A stretch of 64,000 nucleotides of DNA from Heptranchias perlo (Eukaryota). The DNA lies in NCBI RefSeq assembly GCF_035084215.1, contig NC_090325.1, positions 180,358,001 through 180,422,000 of the forward strand, read 5' to 3'. The translations under genes and the position numbers were made by a program. This document shows positions 39,031 to 49,710 of this stretch, piece after piece. How positions within the stretch are numbered: the stretch's first letter is position 1; every line of letters starts with the position of its first letter. A model generated the notes under the pieces. It did not search any database. It was given only the letters and a program-made list of their open reading frames with translations, and was not told the DNA's origin.

Positions 39031-41024
39031 GTTTGTAGAATAAAATTTACACTGCTTGGATAGGGGGTGCAGTTCTGTTATTGGGACACAGTTTTACCTG
39101 TACTATGCCTGATGTGTGAGTGCTTGACACTGGCACTGATTTTATATATGGGCTGTTAAGTTCTTTGGTATCTTTTATCCTTTTCACGCAGATATTTTTG
39201 ACTTCATGTTTAACTACCCTCTTAGGTGAGCTCTAAGTCTTTACATCCCACAGAGTGTTTCACTGTGGGAGAACCTTCACCGCACTGACTGTGGCGGTTC
39301 AAGAAGGCGGCTCACCACCATCTTCTCAAGGGCATTTAGGGATGGGCAATAAATGCTGGTCTTGCCAGCGACGCCCACATCCCATGAACAAATAAAAAAA
39401 CTTGTCCTGAAGTCTAGTTAAAGTTCATAGCATACCTGGAAAGCATACAGAGATCCCTTTTACAAATTGTCTCCGCTACTAGTTCTATCCTGTGACTTGG
39501 CAGGAACCTACTTGTCTTTGGAAGGTGGCAGACCAACATTAAACTAGAATTTGTCTTAGGCTTTAACTGCCAAACAGTAATGTAAGAAGTGAATACCAGC
39601 AGTAATATAACAATGTTTACAGTAGTTAAGCCTAGCTTGTAACTTACTGTAACATTAAGTCGGTAACTTCTATGCTGTAACTAATTTTCATAGTGTTTTT
39701 GTTTCCTTTTCCTCAGCAATTTAAGTAACTGTCTTTTCATTTCAAAGGGAGTTGCCAATCAAAGCGAATTTGAACAATTCATGGAGTATTTGAATTGAGT
39801 GGCTTGGCACATTCCCAGAAAATATATTTGACAAATTAACTAATTAATGCAACTAGAACATTGTTCTGTGAGTGAAGTTGATTTTATAACCCCGAATGAC
39901 TGTGAACAAATTGGAGAAGCCAATACCAAGCTAATGAGTGGGCAAAAATACTTCATTTTTATCAAAGGGCATTGAATACAAAGCAAGGAGATGATGAATC
40001 TGTAAAAGACATTGGGTAGGTCTCCGATAGAGTACTTACTATTTTTTTTTAAAAAAAGAAAATTGAAGAATGGAATGGTTGCAATGTAGATTTACTGAGA
40101 TGATAGCAGGAATGAGCAGATATAATTAAAATAGATTTGGAAAAACTCGGACTATATTCACTGGAACAGAGAGGGTTAAAGGTGTGTCGAACAGAAGTGC
40201 TAAAAGGTTTGAGAGAATAAATAGTGAAATAGGATTGCCACTAGTTGGTCACTTATTAACGGGAACTTAAATTTAGGAGCAGTATTAGAAGTATAAAGGG
40301 GAGTTTAGAATTTTTTTTTCGTTCAATAGGTTACTCGAATATGGAAAGCGGTATTGCAAATGGCCATTGAACCTGAGTCAGTTATGGAAATGAGATGAAC
40401 ACTGGAAGAGGGAAAATATTAAGGAGTATGGGGAAAGAGGTGGACAGTACTGGCACAAGCACGACGGGTCAGATGACCGCCTTGTGTGCTGAAATTTCTG
40501 AGAGATACCTGATCTGGTGTTCCATGCCTCTTGTGACATTCTTTCCACTTTTTAAAAAAACGGCACTGTACAAATATTCACATTTATTACTATAAGTGTG
40601 ATGTGAAATGGAAAGTGCATAATTTTATGCTACGCAATGCTCAAACATTTTTGAGATTGCTTAATATTTTGTATTTAAATTCAGATCAATTAAATGTAAT
40701 TTCTGGAAATATGCAACATTACTACTGAAAAACCCACAAATGACATGTAAATTTAGCTTTTATTTTGTGGCTTATACCCACATCTCTCTCTAAGTTTTGT
40801 GTTCGGTGTAATGCACCTATTTTATATGAACTATTGCACGTATTCCATAGCGCTGCAGGTCTATAATTATGTAATTGGTCAAATACTTGAATTTGAGAAA
40901 GCATAATAAAGATTACAATGGGATACTTCCACTCTGTCAATAGCAGATATGATTTATGTATCGTGTTTTGTGGGTTCACGAGGCATTTATTTAGTTAATT
41001 ATATAGATGAGGAAGTAATACTTT

Positions 41025-41812
41025 TTTTTATTCATTCATGGGATATGGGTGTCGCTGGCAAGGCCAGCATTTATTGCCCATCTCTAATTGCCCTTGAGAA
41101 GGTGGTGGTGAGCCGCCTTCTTGAACCGCTGCAGTCCGTGTGGTGAAGGTTCTCCCACAGTGCTGTTAGGAAGGGAGTTCCAGGATTTTGACCCAGCGAC
41201 GATGAAGGAACGGCGATATATTATTTCCAAGTCAGGATGGTGTGTGACTTGGTGGGGAACGTGCAGGTGGTGTTGTTCCCATGTGCCTGCTGCCCTTGTC
41301 CTTCTAGGTGGTAGAGGTCGCGGGTTTGGGAGGTGCTGTCGAAGAAGCCTTGGCGAGTTGCTGCAGTGCATCCTGTGGATGGTACACACTGCAGCCACAG
41401 TGCGCCGGTGGTGAAGGGAGTGAATGTTTAGGGTGGTGAATGGGGTGCCAATCATGCGGGCTGATTTGTCTTGGATGGTGTCGAGCTTCTTGAGTGTTGT
41501 TGGAGCTGTACTCATCCAGGCAAGTGGAGAGTATTCCATCACACTCCTGACTTGTGCCTTGTAGATGGTGGAAAGGCTTTGGGGAGTCAGGAGGTGAGTC
41601 ATTCGCCGCAGAATACCCAGCATCTGACCTGCTCTTGTAGCCACAGTATTTATGTGGCTAGTCCAGTTAAGTTTCTGGTCAACGGTGACATCCCCCAGGA
41701 TGTTGATGGCGGGGATTCGGCGATGGTAACGCCGTTGAATGTCAAGTGGAGGTGGTTAGACTCTCTCTTGTTGGAGATGGTCATTGCTTGGCTCTTGTCT
41801 GGCACAAATGTT
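41025..41812 (-). mobile_element. LINE 3' fragment (CR1/Jockey superclade, a family distinct from the other CR1s here)
   Basis: 186-aa ORF containing LSTIYKAQVRSVMEYSPLAW and KSWNSLP, followed by a tail ending in atcccatgaatgaataaaaaa. Confidence 0.85.
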
Positions 41813-42257
41813 AATTGCGTCCTCCTGTCATCCTATTTTTGTCACATCTGTTCCATTTACTTAGCATAAACACTTACCTTTTGTGAGTCCTCACAATCCC
41901 AAGGTAAGGGGGTGTTTGCCAGGTAGGTGGCAATGTGCTCACAGTCACATTTCACCCAAATTCCATTCAAATTTGGTTTCTTGGTGGTTTTGGTTTGTGT
42001 CGAGTTGCTGTAGTGAGCGGGAATGGGCTTTAAGTTTCTTAAGTGCTTAGACTTGAAGCCTGTTCCTGCTCACAGTGGGAACCTACTTTTGGTCGGAGAG
42101 GTTGGTTCTCTATCCGGGATTCTCCACATGACTTTTCCCATCTATGGAAAACGCTGTATCATTTAAATTTGGGGAAGGGAAAGGAAATATAATCCTCCAC
42201 TCATTTAAACAACACATTGTATGCAAATATGCCCACAATCCTCAAGTTTGAGCCTGC

Positions 42258-42462
42258 TATCCCATAAATAGCATGGGATAAATAGCATTTATCCCATGCT
42301 ATTTATGGGATAAATAGCATGGGATAAATATGCTATTTATCCCATGTAACGATGTATTATAAGGACCACTGTTTTCCAGTTATTAAGTCAAATGAAATTT
42401 GACTTAATAACTGGAAAACAGTGGTCCTTATAATACATCGTTACATGGGATAAATAGCATAT
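42258..42462. repeat. Two tandem perfect inverted repeats (26-bp and 66-bp arms)
   Basis: Arms 42258-42283/42287-42312 and 42328-42393/42397-42462, each with a 3-nt loop. Confidence 0.95.
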
Positions 42463-43679
42463 CCTCCGACTTGATACTTCGAGCAATGCCATGAGAGAGC
42501 GACTGGAATATTGAATATAAATAATCTCAGTACCCATTCATGCAGATGACCTGGGTAGCTATTAAGGAATTTAAACCTATCCTAGCTTAGGGATGTTGAG
42601 GACACAACACATGTCGCCCTGGTTGAGATCAACTAACTCAACTCAAAGGTGGGACTTTTCTGTCTGCTGGCTCAGTGCCATACTGGAACAGTGGTGCGCC
42701 GAGCCATCAGGACACACAGGTTTGATGATATAAAAAATGCAAGAGAATTGATGAGAGGATGAATAACTGATATGTATGACATGTAAGCAACAATGTATGA
42801 TGCAAATGTGCTGCTGTCAGTCTTTCAATCTTAATTTGGATGAAAAAAGAAATTGACGAATTCTGGCAAATTCTAACTTGTGCACTGAGAAATTCGAGGT
42901 ATCACGATTATTTATAGTAAGAACTTGTACACAATGGAAACTTTGTATTGGAATTGTATGCTTTGAATTGGGTATGAATTCATGTATTTCCAGTCCATTG
43001 GAACTACACACTGGTACTGTGGGTCTGTGATTTTGGATTGGATGTGAATTGCTTTAATTATATGTAATTGGTTTACCTGCACATGCGTTGGTATTGTTGG
43101 TGGAGTATTATGTAAGGTTTGTGCAACAGCAACTTGCATTTGTACAGTGCCGTTCATGTACATGGAAATCTCTTCACAAAGTGGTGGACTTCGAGCAGGA
43201 GGGGAGGGGGAAATGGTATACCCCCCCACCCCGAGAGAGATTTGAAATGTTTGTAGTTATTGTAGGTTGTTCAGTAGAGTTTGATGAGGAGGGGGTTGTT
43301 GGAGGTGTGTACCTCCTGTGGATGAATGTGCAGACTATGCCATTCTGGATGAGCTGTATTTCTGAAGGGTGGAAGCATGGTGGCTGGCAAAGAGAACATT
43401 GGGGGAGTTTAGTTTTGAAGTTTAAAAAAAAGCATAGATTAGGGTTTGGGCTGTGTAGAGGTAGGCAAAGAAAGTAGCATTGGTATCTGATTGGGAAGGA
43501 AACTCAACTCTGGTCTAAAAGTGAACCAAGATTCTGCACCTTTTTAGGTTTGTATTTTGTGTTCAATTTTTGTTTTACTTTCATTTTGCAAGTAAGCATC
43601 ACAAATTGTGAGTTGTGTCTGAATTTCCTCTTTTCCATCTCCCTTGCAGTTATTCAGCTTGTTCAATCAACTTGACAAC

Positions 43680-44330
43680 CTGATGAGGCTTTGGAAAGGG
43701 TTCAGAGGAGGGCCACTAGACTAATTCCTAGTTTAAAGCATCTTCGTTATTAAGATAGGCTAAAGAGCTAAGGCTGTACAGTTTAGAGAACCGTAGACTT
43801 AGGGGTGATCTGATCTAAGATTATAAGATGATGAAGGGAATAGATTGTGTTTGTTTGTTCCAATTAAATAGGTTATGGAGGTCCGGGGGGTCACAATTTT
43901 AAGTTGTATAAGGCCAGATCTAGGTTAGATGTCAGGAGGTGGTCTTTTCCCAGAGAATAGTGGGCCTATGGAACAGGCTGCCGGCTCATGTGGTGGGCAC
44001 CGATTCACTGATTCCTTCAAGCGAGAGCTGGACCTGCTTTTGGCTGGGGCGGACATCACTTCTTGCAAAAGGTAAATTTTGCATAGAATTACCAGGGCTT
44101 CAGTGTTCTCCTGGACTAGTTTCGATCGCCAAAGGGGCTGGAGAGGAATTTCCCAGGTGTTCTTTTCCCCCCAAATTAGCCTGGAATTTTATCTTTTGTT
44201 GTTTCTCCTAGGAGATCACATGGTTTGGGGTGGGGAATGTTTATATTGTGATACACGGCATCACAATTGTGTGGGACAAAAGGGTCTCTTCCTGTCCGTC
44301 ATTGTTTGCATGTTCATACGGGTCAGTCAA
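43680..44330 (+). mobile_element. Old CR1 3' fragment (similar fragments at ~2880-3115, 6830-7245, 23160-23470, 39950-40500, 51380-51925, 52230-52335, 60190-60680)
   Basis: LERVQRRATRLIP-, RLRGDL- and RIVGLWNRLP-like coding remnants. Confidence 0.7.
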
Positions 44331-45549
44331 AATGTGTTCAAAACTTTTATAAAAACTGCTATTTACCTGGATCTGTAGAACCAACATAACTCTTCCCTTG
44401 TATTATTCGTGTATAACGAAATCCATGTGACATGTTGTCTGATGGAGAGTTCAAAGGTCCAGTCCTTGATTGCTGTAAGACAGGTGTCATGTGACATTCT
44501 TCCCTGCAAAGACTAAGTCCAGTTAACATGCTGTGCAACTGCTGATATAATAATGTCAATGCTTTATTGCACAGTATGATGAAGCTCCATTTGGTGAAAA
44601 TATTTTTACTAACGAGTTTCATTGGGATGACTTTTTATTAATACATTCACGGGCTATGCCAAAGATAAGTAGAAGTTAGGTAATTACACAGTAAGGTCTG
44701 AATCTCAAGACAGAAAATAATTTACAAGGGCGAGTGGACTGGTGTCATTTAAATGCACATCTTTTACCAGCCAGTAGCAGGAAAGCATTTAATAATGAGA
44801 TTCTAGAGCAGGTCACTAGCTGGCCTTTTAGCTGGAAGCTAGTGTGTGAAACTTTATACTTGCAGAAAATGTCTAAAGCATAGTCTTGATTTTTTTTAAA
44901 ACCTGGCATACCATTTGGAAAAGAATGCAAAAAGTATCAAAATATTTTAAATGCTAGTTGAACTCCAGGGGCAGTTCTTATCAACAAAAATGTTTAAAAA
45001 ACATTTTCCTCCTATAACTGTAACTCTGCTTGACCACCACTGTTTGTCACATTCTGTTTCTGCTTGTCTTCCACTCTGTCTATCTATCTATCCATCCATC
45101 CGTCTTTTGCACACTGTCTTGTGTTGCTGGCTTCCTTTCCCCCCCGCCCCCCACCCCCATCTTTGTGTATATAATTTTATTGTTGTAGCTGCTGCGGTAT
45201 ACCATTTTTTAAATAAAAATGAGCAGGGATGTATACCTGAAACCAGGCATGTTCATGCAGCCTGATAGGGTTGGTTGAGCTTTGCAGGGATAAGTTGGTG
45301 GAGCACATGAAAGACAAGATGATTTGGTGGGGGGGTTTCTGCCTTTTTTCTTATCTCCACCCCCAAGATTATTGTATCTTGAAAAATGCTTTATTCATGA
45401 GGGTTTATAGTCGGACTGTGAGGAACGGTCATGGTACCTGTATCTTGCAGAAATCCTTCCAGTTGAATGTAATTGGGCAGAATTTATTTTTGGTGGAATG
45501 TGATTCGGGAGAGAATTGAAATGGGAGACGAGCAAACAGTCTTCATTTA

Positions 45550-45770
45550 ATATCCTGAATTTTCCTGGAAAGTTTTGGCGTAAGAGTGAAGTTTTTTGCC
45601 CAAGGAAATTTACATGTAACTGATTTACGTCTGTTTTATGCCGAAAATGGCTAAGCACAAATTTCGACAGTCATTTGCGTGGCTACCGAGTTACATTCGC
45701 TGAAACCCCACTTGCCTAATTGTTCTGCCCCATGCAAAAAAACCCAGAGACTGCAACTTTCCAGCATTTA
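45550..45770. mobile_element. MITE-like DNA transposon fragment; inverted relative at ~63540-63780 and a partial copy at ~62640-62785
   Basis: Shared blocks (gaattttcctggaaagttttggcgtaa, aactgatttac...gttttatgccgaaaatggc) in reverse complement. Confidence 0.55.
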
Positions 45771-46385
45771 TCAAATAATTTGAATTAAGTAACTTTGAAT
45801 TAAGAGTAGACCGTACACCAAGTGGATACTTTAAAAGCCTGAAATATATACTATGACAAAAGAAAGAGATTTGTACAACCGTAAGAATTTACTTCATTTC
45901 CATTCCAGAAAAGTATAAGTTTATATTGAATTTAAGTTTTGTTTCTATTTTGGAATTTGTCCAGCAAAACAATTTTGAACCAAAACATAATTTTAATAGA
46001 CATGGGCTGAAATGTTGGCTTTTGCTAGTTTAGTGAAAAAGTATACGTGAATATAAAGTTATATTTTTCACCACTTTAAACTCACACCTACTTTTTCAGT
46101 GAAATTTGCAAACAAATAAATTTCACCCCAATGGATTCGGTTGTTATAAGAACATAAGAACATAAGAAATTGGAGCAGGAGTAGGCCAATCGGCCCCTCG
46201 AGCCTGCTCCGCCATTCAATAAGATCATGGCTGATCTGATCCCAACCACAAATCTAAAGAACACAAGAAGTCGGAGCAGGACCCGGCCACATAGCCCCTG
46301 GGCCCTCTCCGCCACCCACAGGGCATTGACCGATCCGAACTCAGCTTCATGTCCAATTTCCTGCCCGCTCCCCATAACCCCTAAT

Positions 46386-47700
46386 TCACTTTACTTCTAG
46401 GAAACTGTCTATTTCTGTTTTAAATTTATCTAATGATGTAGCTTCCACAGCTTCCTGGGGCAGCAAATTCCACAGACCTACCACCCTCTGAGTGAAGAAG
46501 TTTCTCCTCATCTCAGTTTTGAAAGAGCAGCCCCTTATTCTAAGATTATGCCCCCTAGTTCTAGTTTCACCCATCTTTGGGAACATCCTTACTGCATCCA
46601 CCCGATCAAGCCCCTTCACAATCTTATATGTTTCAATAAGATCGCCTCTCATTCTTCTGAACTCCAATGAGTAGAGTCCCAATCTACTCAACCTCTCCTC
46701 ATATGTCCGCCCCCTCATCCCCGGGATTAACCGAGTGAACCTTCTTTGTACTGCCTCGAGAGCAAGTATGTCTTTTCTTAAGTATGGAGACCAAAACTGT
46801 ATGCAGTATTCTAGGTGCGGTCTCACCAATACCTTATATAACTGCAGCAATACCTCCTTGTTTTTATATTCTATCCCCCTAGCAATAAAAGCCAACATTC
46901 CGTTGGCTTTCTTGATCACCTGCTGCACCTGCATACCAACTTTTTGATTTTCTTGCACTAGGACCCCCAGATCCCTTTGTACTGCAGTACTTTCCAGTCT
47001 CTCGCCATTAAGAAAATAACTTGCTCTCTGATTTTTCCTGCCAAAGTGCATAACCTCACATTTTCCAATATTATATTGCATCTGCCAAATCTCCGCCCAC
47101 TCACCCAGCCTGTCTATATCCCCTTGCAGGTTTTTTATGTCCTCCTCACTCTCTACTTTCCCTCCCATCTTTGTATCATCTGCAAATTTTGATATGTTGC
47201 ACTCGGTCCCCTCCTCCAAATCGTTAATATAGATTGTAAAGAGTTGGGGACCCAGCACCGACCCCTGTGGAACACCACTGGTTACTGGTTGCCAGTCCGA
47301 AAATGAACCATTTATCCCAACTCTCTGCTTCCTGTTCGATAACCAATCCTCCACCCATGCCAGAATATTACCCCCAATCCCGTGATTTTTTATCTTAAGT
47401 AATAATCTTTTATGTGGCACCTTGTCGAATGCCTTCTGGAAGTCTAAATACACTATGTCCACTGGTTCCCCTTTATCCACCCTATACGTTATATCCTCAA
47501 AGAACTCAAGCAAATTTGTCAGACATGACTTCCCCTTCATAAAGCCATGCTGACTTTGTCCTATTAAATTATGCTTATCTAAATGTTCCGTTACTGTCTC
47601 CTTAATAATAGACTCCAAAATTTTACCCACCACAGATGTTAAGCTAACTGGCCTATAATTTCCAGCCTTCTGCCTACTACCCTTTTTAAATAACGGTGTT
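46386..47700 (-). CDS. CR1 ORF2 C-terminal part (reverse transcriptase)
   Basis: [27 protein letters not shown] and FADDTK; no internal stops. Confidence 0.92.
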
Positions 47701-48769
47701 ACATTAACTTATATGTCCTTGTTTTTAGTCGGATACTATCCTTGATTTCTTTACTTAGCCACGGATGGCTGTCATTTCTTTTACACCCTTTTTTCCTCAG
47801 TGGAATATATTTATTTTGAAAGTTGTAAAATAACTCCCGAAATGAACACCACTGCTCATGTACCGTCTTACCCTTTAATCTATTTTCCCAGTCCACTTTA
47901 ATCAATTCCGCTCTCATACCATCATAGTCTCCTTTATTCAAGCTCAGTACGCTTGTTTGAGAATCAACCTTCTCACCCTCTAATTGGATATGGAATTCAA
48001 CCATGTTGTGGTCGCTCGTTCCAAGGGGATCCTTAACTAGGACATTATTAATTAATCCTGACTCATTACACAGGACCAGGTCCAAGGTTGCCTGCCCCCT
48101 TGTAGGATCAGTTACATACTGCTCAAGAAATCCATCCCTGATGCACTCAATGAACTCGTCCTCAAGGCTGCTCTGCCCAATTTGATTTGTCCAGTTAATA
48201 TGATAATTAAAATCCCCCATAATTATGGCTGTTCCCTTATTACATGCCCCGACTATCTCCTGATTAATACTTCTTCCAGCAGAGTTGCAACTATTAGGAG
48301 GCCTATATACTACGCCCACTAATGTTTTTTTTCCCTTATTATTCCTTATCTCCACCCAAACTGTTTCATTATCTTGATGCTTTGTCCCAATATCATTTCT
48401 CTGTATTACAGTGATTCCTTCCTTTATTAACATAGCCACCCCACCTCCCCTTCCTTCCTGCCTGTCCTTCCTGATTGTTAAATACCCTGGCATATTTAAT
48501 TCCCAGTCGTTGTCACCCTGCAGCCATGTTTCTGTAATGGCCACAAGATCATACCCATACGTAGTTATTTGTGCCGTTAACTCGTCCATTTTATTACGAA
48601 TGCTACGTGCATTTAGATAAAGAACTTTCAAATCTGTTTTGTGACGCTTAGTTCCTGCTTTTTCCTTTTTTAACACTTTACCTATTACTCCATACCTTCT
48701 GTCCCTTCCTGTTACGCTTTCCTCTCTCTCCCTGCTCAGGTTCCCAACCCCCTGCCACTTTAGTTTAAA
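47699..48769 (-). CDS. CR1 ORF2 N-terminal part (APE endonuclease)
   Basis: YLNARSI, AITETWL, GVVYRPP, MGDFN and SDH motifs. The frame is open back to the ORF1 stop and is truncated by the deletion at ~47705. Confidence 0.88.
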   Translation of the reverse strand, partial: FKLKWQGVGNLSREREESVTGRDRRYGVIGKVLKKEKAGTKRHKTDLKVLYLNARSIRNKMDELTAQITTYGYDLVAITETWLQGDNDWELNMPGYLTIRKDRQEGRGGGVAMLIKEGITVIQRNDIGTKHQDNETVWVEIRNNKGKKTLVGVVYRPPNSCNSAGRSINQEIVGACNKGTAIIMGDFNYHINWTNQIGQSSLEDEFIECIRDGFLEQYVTDPTRGQATLDLVLCNESGLINNVLVKDPLGTSDHNMVEFHIQLEGEKVDSQTSVLSLNKGDYDGMRAELIKVDWENRLKGKTVHEQWCSFRELFYNFQNKYIPLRKKGCKRNDSHPWLSKEIKDSIRLKTRTYKLM

Positions 48770-49710
48770 CCCTCCCCAACAGCACTAGCAAACACTCCTC
48801 CTAGGACAGCAGTCCCGGCCCTGCCCAGGTGCAGACCATCCGGTTTGTACTGGTCCCACCTCCCCCAGAACCGTTTCCAGTGTCCCAGGAATTTGAATCC
48901 CTCCCCCTTGCACCATTCCTCTAGCCACGTATTCATTTGAAATATCCTCCTATTTCTACTCTGACTAGCACGTGGCACTGGCAGCAATCCTGAGATTACT
49001 ACCTTTGAGGTCCTATTTTTTAATTTACCTCCTAACTCCCTATATTCTGCTTTTAGGACCTCATCCCCTTTTTTACCTATATCGTTGGTGCCTATGTGCA
49101 CCACGACAGCTGGCTGTTCGCCCTCCCCCTCCAAAATGTTCTGTAGCCGCTCCGAGACATCCTTGATCCTTGCACCAGGGAGGCAACACACCATCCTGGA
49201 GTCTCGGTTGCGGCCGCAGAAACGCCTGTCTATTCCCCTTACAATTGAGTCCCCTATCACTATAGCTCTGCCACTCTTTTTCCTCCCAGCCTGTGCAGCA
49301 GAGCTACCCGTGGTGCCAGGAAGTTGGCTGCTGCTGCCTTCCCCTGATAAGTCATCCCCCCCAACAGCATCCAAAGTGGCATATCTGTTTGAGAGGGGGA
49401 TGGCCACAGGGGACCCCTGCACTACCTGCCTGCATCTCTTACTCTTCCTGGTGTTCACCCATTCACTTCCTGCCTGTATACCCTTTACCTGCGGTGTGAC
49501 CAACTCGCTAAACGTGCTATCCACGAGTTTCTCTGCATCGCGAATGCTCCACAGTGAGTCCACCCGCAGCTCCAGCTCCGAGATACGATCGGTCAGTAGC
49601 TGCAGGTGGACACACTTCCCGCACACATGGTCGGCAGGGACACTGGTAGTGTCCATGACTTCCCACATCTTGCAGGAGGAGCATATCACGGGTGCGAGGT
49701 CTGCTGCCAT
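48760..49710 (-). CDS. CR1 ORF1p (Cys-rich zinc finger, coiled coil, SGNH esterase)
   Basis: CSSC...CGKC, IVIGDSIVR, HIGTND and DGLHL; 316 aa intact. Confidence 0.9.
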   Translation of the reverse strand: MAADLAPVICSSCKMWEVMDTTSVPADHVCGKCVHLQLLTDRISELELRVDSLWSIRDAEKLVDSTFSELVTPQVKGIQAGSEWVNTRKSKRCRQVVQGSPVAIPLSNRYATLDAVGGDDLSGEGSSSQLPGTTGSSAAQAGRKKSGRAIVIGDSIVRGIDRRFCGRNRDSRMVCCLPGARIKDVSERLQNILEGEGEQPAVVVHIGTNDIGKKGDEVLKAEYRELGGKLKNRTSKVVISGLLPVPRASQSRNRRIFQMNTWLEEWCKGEGFKFLGHWKRFWGRWDQYKPDGLHLGRAGTAVLGGVFASAVGEGLN

